Assembly (NCBI GenBank): GCA_000708835.1
Contig: DF237271.1
Location: 1 to 64,000 of the forward strand
Reading direction: 5' to 3'
DNA from: Klebsormidium nitens
Taxonomy: Eukaryota > Plantae > Klebsormidiophyceae
Length of the DNA stretch: 64,000 nucleotides
The notes below the pieces were generated by a model. That model did not search any database and was not told the DNA's origin. It was given only the letters and a program-made list of their open reading frames with translations. Position 1 is the stretch's first letter; each line of letters opens with the position of its first letter. A program made the position numbers and the translations under genes. Of this stretch, positions 39,052 through 52,100 are shown one piece after another.

Positions 39052-40596
39052 GCAACTTAGGACGACCCAGCAGAGCATGTTGCTTGAGTTGCGAAAGGGT
39101 TAGTTTGATCATAGGGCAAAGAGTTAGCTCAGTCCACTTTAGGATCGTATAAATTGTTGACATTTGGATCTCCCGAGCACGAAGCATTGCACGCGTAATA
39201 AACTTGGTAACAATTTGTAGAGCATACGCACACCCCTGGCGTGTACTCAGCTACATAAAGGTTGCCTCCTTGTAAAAGGGGCCGAGGAAAGCGCAGGGTA
39301 GAATCATTTGACACAAATGTCGGAAGCATTAGTGCTTAGGTCGTAGGAGGATCTGTAGATGTTCAGTCTATCGTAGCATATCGGACATTCGTCCAGTACT
39401 AGTTGTACGTTGCTTTGTCATAAATGGTGCAGATTGTGCATTCAGCGCCGCTCGCAGCCCTTCGCAAATGTTGTATACTTCGTGCAAGTCATGATTTGTC
39501 CGTTGCAGTGCATCTGAGTCTGCGAATAGTGTGTGCATCTCCTTGTAAGCTCTTGCTTGCGGATTGCCCGTTTCCCTGCACTTTTCTACGAGCACATAAA
39601 GGCTCCACCATCATCATGCTCTACGAACCTATGGCCCTACTAGCTACGGCGTATTTGAAAAGAGACCATCATCTTGCTAGCTCTACGAGCTTCCTAGTTG
39701 CAGCCGCATCCTCCCCCAAAAAGGTGGTAGTTAAACTACCTCGCAAGTGACCTGCCAATTCGGAGCGCCCAAGCAGTCTGTTCCAATTCTGTGCCGGACT
39801 AGGTCACCCGCTAGCTGTGACCGGGAAGATCGCTTGAAGGGTGTCAATCGAGCGCCAATGTGTGTGCGTATGATGGCCTCCCAGTGACCCAAAAGGCAGA
39901 GCAGGAACAAATATTGCAGCGGAGTCAGAGCGGAGCGTCACTCTGCGCGTTGGCACCTGAAGCGCGCGCGCCGCAAAACTTTCCTGACGATTGCTCACAA
40001 ATTCGACTTACGATGGATTTTATGGATCATGGCATGCATCTTCTACTCAGGCTGTAGTGGGCCTCGAAACGCGACGCGCATCCTGTTCGGTTGACTGACT
40101 CAGCGGTACTTCGTCAACCTTGGAGATGCCCCGGTTTCGCCGCCACTTACTTTCAGCACATGCACGAACCGTTTGAGCGCCACTCTGACGCCTTTTTGAC
40201 AAGACCAGCTACTGTAATCAGGTCTTCTAACCTAAGCTTCGATGATTTCGACGAAATCCTGCCCGACATGATTTCAAGCAGTATTTTGTCAATCCAAAGG
40301 TCACATCATGTCATCACGCCAGCATGACATGGCCTGAGCGCTGAGTTGCTTTCATGAGGTTGACGTTGCGCTCACGTCATGGAGTCCGCTTCTTACACAA
40401 AGTCTAGTCATGCAGCAGAGGTAGATCCGTGAACCAGCAGTCAAATCGTCAAGTAGGGGGCATTTGCGGATGCATGTCGCCAGTAAGCTCATTGCTAGTG
40501 GGAACTGTGCTGAAGGTAGCAGGGAAAAGGCAGGGAGCTCAGCGAACGTTGGCGGCCTTCTCTAATAGTAAAAATGTCAAGAGAGAGAGAGGGGCC

Positions 40597-42448
40597 ATGG
40601 GTGACCAGATGGTAGAGTTCTGCGCTTCCCTGCTGACGTCAGATGACCCTCTGAAGATCACGCGCGTGTCAGGTTGCTGGAAGAACTTCACGAAGGCCCG
40701 GATGACATCCGGGAAGGTCTCTGTTTCGCGCGGGTTGTGCAGGAGCTTGCTACATTCAGGGGGGGCGTAGTCATTCACCGCATCTTGCGGCTGACGCTGT
40801 GGCAGTGTGCAAGCGATCAAATGAACCTGGGGTTCAATCACTTCGTCAGCTCTACCGCAGCGCTTGCGATCTTGACGGGAAGCAAGCTGGTGGTTGAGTC
40901 CTGCTTGAGAGTACAGGAAGGATCAGACGAGAGGGTGAATGCTCAGGAACTGTATCAGCGTTTGATGCAACAGGCTGACCAAACCCTTCTTTCAATGATG
41001 GAGAACGCTGGAGGAATAGCAGAGGAAGGCTTCCAGCTTCTCGTGGCTGGATCTCTGGAGTGTCTGGCCAATTGCGTGCGAGGCTCCAAGGTCTTCCGGG
41101 ACGCCATGAGGGAAGCGATGGAACAGCGGAACATGTTTGAGCAGTTTGGGAAGTTTCTCAGCACCGAGTTCCTTTCAAGGACGGTGAGCGCCGAAGTGGC
41201 GTTGATCATCCGCCTCCATTTGGCTGGTATGGCGGTCTCTCTTGCATTCTCAGCCGACAGCCGACTCTGGGCCATAGACAGGGGCCTCCTCAAACTAGTT
41301 GCAGCAATCTACGAAGCGTCCCCCTTGCGCGAGCATCGCAAACTGTCCAAGCAAAGCGAGTCTCCTCTGTTCCGCTGCAACAAAGTCCTGCTCCGCTTGC
41401 TCACGGTGAATTCCGCAGCGGAAAAGATGCGCGCTCACAATGCGCTCGAGGACTTGCGACCCCACAAGCGGAAGATCAACAGCGCTGAACCGGAAACGGA
41501 GCCTTGGGCCTACTATGAAAGGTTCTTGGAAGGCGGGGCGACACGACTCCTGAGACGCGAGCGTTCTGTAGAGGAGTGGAAGGACCAAGAAGAGAAGCTG
41601 AGCGGTGATCGGTCGTCTGCTCCTGGAAGCTCTGCCGGGCCGGCCGCGAGCCCGCAGTCGGACAAGAGTTCGGCAAATGCGCGCGCTGCCACGTGGCGCG
41701 CTACTGCAGGTGAGAATTGCGTCTCGCTCTCAGATGATTTTCCTTACAGACTGGCTCTGCAGGTCTCCAGAAGACTACCTCTGGTTCACGCATTTTGCCC
41801 GTCTCGAACAAGCACTTAAGAGTACGTGTAAGCGGGGTGTAAGCGGAGACGTGAAAAAAGGTCTGCCCTTAACTGGCCAATTTATTTAGCAGATACTTCG
41901 TCGCTTACCAGCTGGACGCTTCCAAAAAGATAGCATGAGAACAGAGTCATTGCGAGGTATGATCTCGAGCGTGACCCGGAAAAGTACACCCCCTTGGCCA
42001 CGGTTGCTTAGCCAGGTTATTGAATTGAGAAGACTTTTACCTGTTTCCGTTCTGATACGAACAAGTTCCAGCTGTAACTTTACTTCGTGATCCAACCGCT
42101 GATCTGCTCAAGGTGATGGCAAGGCTTGGAAACCTGAACACGCATCACGTGCTCTGAATCTTGATTCAAAATAGCGGTTGAACGAGGCGAGAGATCGCAA
42201 CCTAGCTAAGGCAGGCATTTTCGCTTATCGATGGGAAGAGCGACACAACTAGTGTGCTTTATCAACTGTGTTCTTTGATTTTCCAATCTTGATCTCTTGA
42301 AGTTCGCTTTTTCACGAGCACCTATTTGCGTTCCTCTGCAGCAAGGAGCACTAGAAGTTGCACTGGACGACCCACAAGATTGATTGCAAAGGCTTCGCCA
42401 GTCGAAGGGGCCCGGAAAGTTGCAAGGAATAGTAGTCTGATGTTTTAG
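40597..42448 (+). pseudogene. Helical-domain protein with C-terminal MYND zinc finger, three lesions
   Basis: MYND reads CSWKLC...KCARCHVARYC|SKEH*KLHWTTHKIDC with TAG at 42352-42354 where consensus has Gln. Frameshifts near 40670 (MGDQMVEF frame to LLEELHEG frame) and near 41612 (main ORF to MYND frame). Confidence 0.75.
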
Positions 42449-43403
42449 CAAGATAAGTCTGCAATTGCGGGGAATTGACTGGCGATTTTATGGTCGGATG
42501 GGAACAAGCAGACTAGTTTTAGTTGGACAAACTGAGCAGCTCCCTCGATCAATGCGAGCATGGATCAGAAAGGGGATGCACTTGCGATGCCCGCAAGCAA
42601 ATGGTGAGGTGCACGGTACGCATAGTGGCAATGATCAAGCATATTCAGTTAGTGCAAAAGACCGCTCATTGTTTTCATTCAGTACTCCATCACAGCTCGG
42701 AATTCGGGCCGCGCGGGGGCCACGCGAAACAATCTCAAGCGGTCAGCATTAATCGGAACTTTGCGAAAGTACATGCATGTTGTCATGGAGATTGGTCTGA
42801 GGCGCCTTTTTGCAACCGACCGTCATCTTGATTGGTGAATGAACAATGCGTTCACCTTTACATGCTAAACAAATTCGTTTGTACATGCTTAGAAGTCATT
42901 CGATCTTCCAAACTAGCCTATATGTACCCTGATGCGTTTGAAGCCTGCCTACGCTAGCCTTGGAGACCGGTGAAGGTCAACTGTTCCTGCGTTTAAGCTG
43001 CAACTTAACCTTTCCTGAATCAGTCTACTTCCCCATCGGCGATTTAAGTACAGACAGCTAAGACAACCCCGCTACACAGATGCAAGGAGTCATGCAATCT
43101 ACCAAAGCAAGCGTCTCGGACCTGAGATTATGCATCTCTACCGTAAATGCTCGATTCTATGGACCTTTGTCCATAAACACAAGTAGCTAACAGGCTGTCT
43201 CACACTTCCGATGTAGTTCAAAAGTCTAGACCCGTTGGATCTATTAAGCCTTCAATTAAGGCAACAGTGCACTGTGCAAGTGTCAACTAAACGGCTGCAT
43301 CCTACCAGCCCTACGTCAGAGCACCAGACCGGGCTTCTGGCCCTCTCTGCAAGAAGCAAAGCGCAAGTGCGCCTCCAGCGCAGACCTTGTCGTAGTCATC
43401 TTG

Positions 43404-46400
43404 CTAAGCCACCTCCTTCGAGGAACCAGGCAGATTATTGAACTGCAAAACAATCACAAACAAGAGAAGGTCAGATGGATGAGCACAATAACCTTGAAAT
43501 GTTTTGCAAAGTGTTTACCCTCGGCATGAAACCCCACACCATCTGAGGTCAGAACCTGTTTATTCCCAAAAACTTGGTCATAGAGCTCAACCGATAAAGG
43601 AGCAAAACCCTGGTCGTCAAACCGTCCTCTTCAGCTCTCCAGTTATTGGAACCCAGATTTGAAACCCAAATCTACCGCAGTAAAGCAGAATCCTTACCGA
43701 GATGGGAGTGGTGGTGAAGTTGGACGGCGGCAGGTTGTACTGCGCGCGCTTCCTCTCGAGGTACGCGAGCGCCTCGCGCGCCTGCATCGTCGGGTGCCCG
43801 GGCAGAACATACGCGCGGAGCCTGGAGAGAAGTGACACCGTCCAGATGAGCAAACGCAGGTGGAATCGAAGAGAAGTGTTCAAGTGCTTAAGTTTGAGAG
43901 GAGATTGTGTTGTGTTCCGACGATAACTCGTACACAAGCTCCACCTTTGGGCTCACCGCGTTCAGGACTCGAATGCTTTCAAACTCCTTGTGGGTCCTGC
44001 CACGAGCACGATTGGCTACTGATGCGCACTTTCGACACCCCTCACGAAGTCCCTCTAGCATCAAGGACAAACGAACCCGGCACGACAACATGGGCGATGA
44101 CGTCAAAAGACGCTGAGTTGGCTGAATGCATCACAATGACATCATTGTCCAGCGAGCGACTCACATGATGTCGGCCCACTTGACGGGGAAGAGGCTCCCG
44201 CCGAACGAGACCAGCTGCAGCAGCGGCCCCTTCTTCCGCTCACCGGACTCGATGGAGCTCGCGTAGTGCGCGCGGATCGAGACACCTGCGGAACAAACGA
44301 ACCGCGAAACTTGAGTGAACATTGGATTACCGATTGGAATCGAGGCTCGAAGCTCCGGTAAAGCGCGCGGGTCGAATACAATCACAGTCCTCGGACGGCC
44401 AGGCTTTATTTGACTCGTTAGCAGCGAGAGACGTCAGGAAAAAAATCTCGAAGCAGCCAGAATTGCAGGCAACAAGCTGTTCGCAACAACGCGACAAACT
44501 CAAAGCGGGCTGAAAGAGTATTCGAGAATCGAAGTTGTGGGAGGCGAGATTGCAAGAAGGACCAAAAACCAACTCTTTGTCAATGCTTGGCTGGAAGCAT
44601 GAAGGCGCCAAGTTCGAAATGCAGGTATTGAACCGAACAATCTAAGCAAGTCAGCAAGCGCAAAGGAGGAAAAGTGCACCGGAACGCCACAGCAGGGGAG
44701 GATTGCATATCTCCAAGGATTGGGAGAAAAGAACAAGGAACGGGGAACGAGGACCGAGAAAAAAAGTATTTGGAAAGCGAAGATTAAAAGTAGTCAACTT
44801 GTACCTACCGCAGGTCTTTCGTACGAGCGCCTGGATCAGCTTGACCTTGGGCCTGCTCGCACGGGGCCACGTGCGTCCCTCAAGCGCCTGCGCGACCGAT
44901 CGCACGAAGCGCCACACGTCACCACGCTCGTTAAAAATCGCCCTGCAGACCGGCAAAGAAGCGTTTGAGCCACAGCCAGACAAAATTCTTACAAACGAAA
45001 TTAGGTTGGGAAGGCCACTTGACGGAAGCAGGACACACTCGAGTTGGCAAGAAGAGTGGCGGATAGTAGATGCGAGAGATACGCTGCGCTTAGTAAACAA
45101 TTCTTCAAAAGTCCTGAATAATAAGCCCTTCGAAAGTCCTTCGAAAGTCCTGAACGTCGCCTCCTCTCTCTTCTGTAAGGCACGTGAAAGGGAAAAAGCA
45201 CCACTCAAACTAAATGGGCGCTCTGAAACCAGCTCAACCTACCGTAGGACTTCACCCGTCTCTGACCGAACAAGATTCAGCCATTCATAGCTCACTCATC
45301 TCCTGTGAATCTCATCGAAGAAGGAAAACAACTGCTGAGAAGTGAAACATGCTCACCGGTATGGAATTTCGAGGCTGTATGCCGGGACGTCGGGGACTTT
45401 GAGGCGGCGCGCCTTGCGCAGCTTCTCCTCGTCCTTGCCCTCGCCCTTGACGATCACCGCGTGGCCGTAGTCGATGATCTTGAACTGGAGGCCGCGCAAA
45501 TCCACGCTGCAAAAGAAGTTTATCTTTTCCATATTGGTTTCCTGTGTCTTTTTCGTCGCCAGGCTGCTTCCACAAGCTCGTTCGTTAGATGAGGATGGGT
45601 GGAGATGCTGGATCCTGCCCGACCCTCACGCACGTGCTGCAACTGCAGAAGAGTACTACTCAATGACTTCCGATAGACTTCGTCAAATAGGAGCACCTGG
45701 CAGAAAGCTAGAACAGGCGATCGTTCGAGCGCGCCTTTTCTGAAGCCTTTTTTCTCCAGAAATCTTGTGCTGGCAGGGCAAACTCCAAAAGAGAGGCTCT
45801 GAGGAGGCTAGCAACGGGGTCTGAGACTGTGACCCTCACGTCTTGCCGAACTGCGTCTGACCAACCTCGTTGTCCCCAAGAAAGAATACATGACACTCTA
45901 TTCCTTATCCACTTGATCTTTTTCACAATCATTGCAGACCTTGCAGGACAGACTCCAGTAATAAGGCCAGAGTCGGAAAGAGAATTCAGGACTTCGTTGC
46001 TCACGTCTTGCCGAACTGCGTCTCGTCAGCCTCGGGGACGTGATCCCCGAGCTCCTCTTGCAGGCGGTGCTCCATGACGTTGTGGATGCGCATGTCCTGG
46101 TGGAAGAAACCAATCGCCTGCTGTGCGCGGTCCAGCGCGCACAGCACCTGCGAAAAATCGATAGTTGTTTTTTCAGTGGATTGAAAGCTTGTAAATAGTC
46201 ACGGTGATAACCGTGTCGCTGGCTTGGCTAATGAGTGTGACTGGAGAACCCACTCTGTGTGATAGTGCTCGACGGAGTGTGACTGTGATAGTGCAACCTG
46301 ATTATTTTAGACTAAGGATTGAAGGAGTTGCTAGATGCACCAGACAAACAAGAACGAACTCGCAAAAACGCGGATTTAACAAGGAAGAACTTGCAGAGAA

Positions 46401-48131
46401 CGCAGATCAAAGGAAAGCACAAACTAGATAGATGACAAAACTCACCTGAACAATCAGGTTAAGAATGTAGTCAACGTCATTAAAGAGGGGGTCCTCGAAG
46501 CGGTCGAGAACGTCCCCCCCGTTCAGCTTCTCGAGCGTCATCCCTAGGAACTGGCCCTCGTGGTCAAGGACCTTGGACCCGGTTTGCATAAACCCGGGGA
46601 GGTAACCGTCCGGGTCATCTAGCAGGTTAAGCTGCCGCCCGATGGCCCACTCGCGCTCGAGCCCCACCAGGTTTCCCGTGACCTCACCAATCTCCTTGTT
46701 GCGGATCTGCTTGAAGACGCGGCCTGGGAGAGTAGGTTGAAATTTAGGTTGGCAATCCTGATATGGCCAAAGAGTCATGTTTGGGGTTTGGGGCCACCTG
46801 CGCATCATCATGAGAGTCATAGTGAGATGGAAAGATTCAGGAAGGGAGGGGACAGTGCTTCAAGCACTTCCTTGATCAGAGTTCCAACCGAGACAATAGA
46901 ACCCTACAGAAGGAGATTTGGATCTTAATGCAAAATTATAATCCAATGAAAGCGGAGGTAGCATTGGTAAACTCAGATGTCTCTGAGCCTGCTATTGCTA
47001 GGGTTCATCTCAAAGGACAGGACAGTGAGACCGACTGGTGCACCTCTCATCAATGCGTTTTACTGCGGGAGTACCTCCAATTCTAGTCAAACCGCTCAAA
47101 GAATCTCTGAAACCAGGTTGGTGACAACACTGCGGAGGTGAGGCCTTCCCGGCCCAGACGCCACAGAATCAAGAATGATCTTCCTGCTCAAATAGTTTCG
47201 CAAATCCCACATCAAGAACCGTCACCTTCAACGTTCACTCAATCAACAACCTTTTGGTTGCGTTTGACACGATCAGGTTATGTCGCCAGGCAAGCACCAG
47301 CGACATGGTTGATGGATCTCTATCGGATGGTCAATCAATTACAAGAAGTTATTACGAAGCTGTCTACTCCTTTGTACGCTCAAAAGGTGGAAACACTTCC
47401 CCTGCTTTCTAAGGATGGCGACACCACCAAGTTTGCTAGACAGAATCAGCAGAAGGGCGTTGCCAGAGGCTTCTCTTTGGCCAAAAAGAATCAAAACCTT
47501 CTCTCCTTTGCCTTGCATATCAAGAACTTTCTTGATTGCTCAGGAAGCCTGAATCAGACCTTTCTCAAGAACACGTGATTAGTTCAAAAGTACCACAAAC
47601 CACCTTCAATGCCAAAAGGAGATCCCAGCGCATGATTGTCCCCTCACCTGCATCAGATCCATCCTCATTCTCCAACAAGAACACGGCACCTTGGACCCCC
47701 GCGCCTAGTTGTTTTCCCAGCTTCCACCCATTCGCCAAAGAGGCACCAGACTCCCCTACAAAGTCCGCCCCAACCTGGATAACTTCCGGATCCGAAGCAG
47801 TGGCTGGCGTCCTATAACTTTTCTGCAGCTTCCGTCCAGTCGCAACGTCGATCGGCGGGGGGGCAATTCGCGCAGCTACCTTGACCCCCCGGGTCGCAGC
47901 CCTCCTCTTCAGAGGGCTCACCTCATGTGCAATTCGGACCCCCCCGGCAACGAGGCTCACCTTTTGAGCAGCTAGATCTGAGACATTTGAATAGATATTC
48001 CGACTTCTTGAGGGAACAGGAAGCAGGGCAAGGGGCTGAGAAATTGATCCACTGCAAGCAGGTTTCTGCACAGGGTGTAAGGCCTGAAAGAGTGTACCCC
48101 TCCCTAACTGGGCGGAGGTGATCGCCTGCAT
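43404..48131 (-). CDS. Atypical protein kinase, paralog C
   Basis: MQAITS...LGAGVQGAVF; exon 46446-46723; GFFHQDMRIHNVM; FKIIDYG; DVWRFVRS; exon 44165-44285; LRAYVLPGHPTM; terminal exon FNNLPGSSKEVA*. Start codon uncertain. Confidence 0.85.
45835..46048 (-). repeat. Duplicated exon end plus donor in kinase C
   Basis: Identical 24-mer ctcacgtcttgccgaactgcgtct at 45835 and 46000, with degenerate similarity extending about 20 nt further. Confidence 0.85.
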
Positions 48132-49113
48132 CTTGGAAAGCACTTGAGAAGCAGAGCGGGATGGAATGTTGCTGCTTGCCTTCAACAAAAGTATCAAGGG
48201 ACCTACAACGCAGTATACCAGTGCGGTCTTCCTCGCCCTGATTTGTCAGCGGCTCAAAGGACAAGGCAACTGCATGAGGAAATGGCGCTGTTCAATCAGA
48301 ATGCCTTCTGATGAAGGACTCGCACTGAGTGAGAGCAACCAGCTACCTTGTCCTTGAGTGCTTCCAAATCAGAAGGCTGAAATCCGTTCTCCTTCGAGCT
48401 GCAAGTACTATAATGCCATGCTTTGTAGCCGTGAGTCTGCATGAATGACCATGCTTTCTGCTGTGCTGCTTTCTGCCACCTCGTTTCCTGGCACAAGATT
48501 TCCAGCAGTGCTCAGCTCTGCCCAGTGCCGAGCGCTCTTGCTGAGCCTTGCTTGCTTGCGGCGCCCATCAAGAACACAGTCAACACTCGTAATGCAAGAC
48601 TGGTCTGACGTGGCACTGTACTGCTACGTGGCAGCGCTTTACTGCCACTTGTCGATTTGTCAGCAAAGCGCCTGCCTGACATTGACATCTGGCAACTTTT
48701 GAGCGGTTCAAAGGCAAATAGCCAATCAAAACCATTTCCGTGGATGCTTGCCTACCATTACCGCCTGCAACTTTGCTCTAGCTAGATCAAACTGTTCACT
48801 CAGGAAACGTCAGAGTCCGTGCTGGCAATTGGCGCGCTACATTGACAGTGACAGCACGTACGTTCTTGTTTCCACCATTGCGCAACAGCGGAACCCAGAG
48901 CCTGAGGCCCATCAGGAGGGTGCATTCTGAGGAGAGCGCGAAGAAATTCTGCGTCTCTAACGAGGGACCTTCTCAGGGGTTGCTCCCCAATACATGCAAG
49001 AGAATACTTGCGTGAAGCTGAGCTATCTGTAACGTACCGACCAATCTAGATTATTGCAGAACAACCTCACAGGCACTGACGGTGCTTGCTACTCCTCAGC
49101 CGCTGAGTTGAGC

Positions 49114-52100
49114 ATGTCCTTTTCGGCTGCGGCTGCTAAGCCTCTTGGCAGTCGCTTGGCTAAATTACAGCAGATAGGCCTGATCCAAAACCCCAGGCTG
49201 ACAGCTTCCTACCAACCAGGAGCGGCTGGGAACACTTATTGGATTTCTGACGCAAGTGGAACATCTTCCCTTATGCTTGGACAAATTATTGGAACCAGCA
49301 TAAGGGGTTGCGTCAGCAGCGGGGTCGGCAGAAGAAGGGCGGTCTCTGTGCCTGTTGCAGCTTTTATGCTGGCATCCGTCTTCAGTGTTGGACAGGGATC
49401 TGCTGCCATGGCTGACGAGGTACCTGTAGATGAGAACTCAGGTATGCACGGCCTGCTTTGAGTAGGCTTATATTCATCAATCGCAGATCGACCACCCTAC
49501 TTGCTGGAAATGGCAATATATCCAGAATCTTTCAATGAAGGCGAGTGCTCCTTATTTGAAGAAGAGCCAATGTGGGGCTGTAAGATGCCGTTATGCACGG
49601 TCATTTTACTGCTTTTCTTGAAAGCTGCGTTTTTCAAGTAAAAGGTTCTGCTCGCAAGTAACCTGTGAAAGGGCCTGGAGGAACTTATTTGCTGCTGGCT
49701 TGCATATTAATTCCTTGATAGTGAAGTGCTTGTATGCTGGCAAACAAGATCTACATTGTCTCTAGCAGTTTCCTCCCTTGTTCTACTTCTTCTCCATGAC
49801 GATGTTGAACAGCAATGACTGTGCGATTTGGTACATGCAATGTTCTTTGGAAATTTTAGCATCTGATGGAACCATAAGAATGGCAAAGAGTCTGTGGAAA
49901 TGAAGCTCCTCACTGTCTCAGGCGGGTTTTGTCAGAGTTGATATGTCAAGATGATTCTTTTTCCATGCCAGAGTATGAGGCACCATCTTACGCATTGACC
50001 TTTGTTCACTAGGATAATGTAGGCCTGACAAGCCTGCTTTGAACCAACAATATGTTTCTCTATGCCCTTTCATTATTGAGACAACTCCAGGGAGCTCTTG
50101 ATTTTTATTGGTTCATATGTGACCTGCAATCCTCCAAACTTCTAAGACTCAATGACTGTCTGAAAGCTTACCAACTTTGGATCCATATCAAATTTGAAAA
50201 TACAACTGGAACTGAGTCCTACAAAATGGACTCGTCCAGGTTGTCGCGTTGCTGGCGTACCCCTGGCAGCTACTGCACAGCACATTCCCCAGTACTGCCA
50301 GTCAACAATGCAAAGTGCGTCAATCCCCTCACATTGATCACCTGTGCAGCATACATGGCGTCCTGAATTGGATTTGCCAATTCTAGGGACTTTCTAAGTG
50401 ATTCATGTCAATCAAAAGGTTTGGTGTCAATGTCTACCCTTTCAGACAGTCAACAATCGCTACAAGAACTGCACCAGATTCAATGTAATGAACTTCATAG
50501 CCTTCATTCGTGTTCTGCAGATGAAGTGACCAAGTCAGGAGTTGCATCGTTCAACACTAAAGCAGCCAAAGCGTCGCAGGCATTGGACGATGAGAAGAGG
50601 TTCAAGGTAATTGATATGTGCTTTATTGAGTCCGAAATCCCAAGGCGCAATGGTCAAGATCCCTGTGAGACTGAACCGGAGCCTATATAAGAGGGTTACT
50701 GACAAACCGTACAGTCCTCTCTCGTCTTCCCACGTTACGTGTTCAATAGAAGCATCTCGTCTTCCCACGTTACAAGTTCAATAGAAGCAGACAAGCCAGA
50801 ATTGTATTGCCCTCTTTTTCCATTGGTTGGGAGCCTTCGTCCACAAGAAAAGTCTCAGCTCAGTATTGATCAGTTGTTTGGGAGAGAAGAAGACGCTGAT
50901 CAAGCAGAACTGATAATGTGTGAAAGGAGTAGACCCCTGAAAACATCAAGGAGAACGCAAGGGATAACAACAGAGACAAGACATGAGGCAGCTTTGAGAC
51001 CCTATGGATCCTTCCGTTGTCCACCCTATCGGTCGTCCAGAAGCTGATCAGACCCTTCAAAAGATTCCCAGAAGAAGTTTCTCAGGGAACGCAAACCAGA
51101 CAGAGACAAGAGAGAGAAGACACAAGGCACCCTGTAGATCTCATAAAGCCTTCTCTCTCTGTTTTCTAGGTTGTGCACTTTGTACGACACGGTGAGGGGT
51201 ATCACAACATTGGATTTGAGAGCCTGGAGGACACGCACCTGACTGCCAATGGCTGGAGCCAAGCTGGAAAGCTGCAGAAGCACCTCAACAACTTGCCCAA
51301 GCCACTGGACTTGGAGGTGAGAACCAGCGGCAAGATTGGGAGGGTGTTTCATGGCTTGGATGCCTGTGAGAGTTTGAGCTGACAGTCAACTCCTAGCTCT
51401 CGCTGCGGAGCTTCTGCTACAGTATCTTTGGAACACATTGATTAGAAGAGTCCATGAGATAAAGAGTAGATTAGGATTGGGGCAAACCCTTTTCTTGGAT
51501 GCATCCTGTATCCGGCTGCTTCGACCATTCTGGTTATAAGAGCTAGCAGCAAATTAGAAGCGAGAGTCTCTGGTACTGCGCTTTGAAGCGACCTCGATTC
51601 GTATAAGTGCGTGATGTACTTCACAACACGAATTTGGCGATGGCAAGTCCGAAGAGGACAACACATGATCGAGTCAATCCGCAAATTTGTCACCGACATA
51701 TCTTGCCGCTTAAGCCCCGCGACTCAAAATTGTGACGTCTCTCTAAAGAGCCACATCATCTCCCGCTCCTTAAACCGTCCTACTAACTTTTTCAATCAGC
51801 CACTGCAATCTGCTCTTCAGGTCGTCATTGTGTCCCCCCTCTTCCGTACCCTCGAGACTGCCAGCGGCGTCTTTGGCGGCGGCACGATCGACAACGGGCA
51901 AAAGATGCTGATGCTAGAGCAGACCCCCGTGCACAACGAAGTTACGCGCCATTACGCGATCGCCGAGAGGCCTGGCGTGCCATTCATTGCCAATGAGCAA
52001 TGCCGGGAGCGAATGAGTGAGTGCTTGCAATCACGATAATCGTTCGCTTAGTGACTGTTCATAGTGGCTTCTTCTTTCGCATGCTGAACCTTAGGATTCA

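Noticed and set aside
21496-39248. Shared 15-mer ccctggcgtgtactc at 21496 and 39234 as a possible TE terminus
   Set aside because: Roughly 64000^2/4^15, a few exact 15-mer matches, are expected by chance in this window, and I found no matching inverted end or target-site duplication.
42352-42354. Premature TAG in MYND as an RNA-editing site
   Set aside because: A-to-I editing would give Trp, not the expected Gln, and two extra frameshifts make pseudogenisation simpler.
44703-45290. 195-aa plus-strand ORF
   Set aside because: Antisense to a kinase C exon and its introns.
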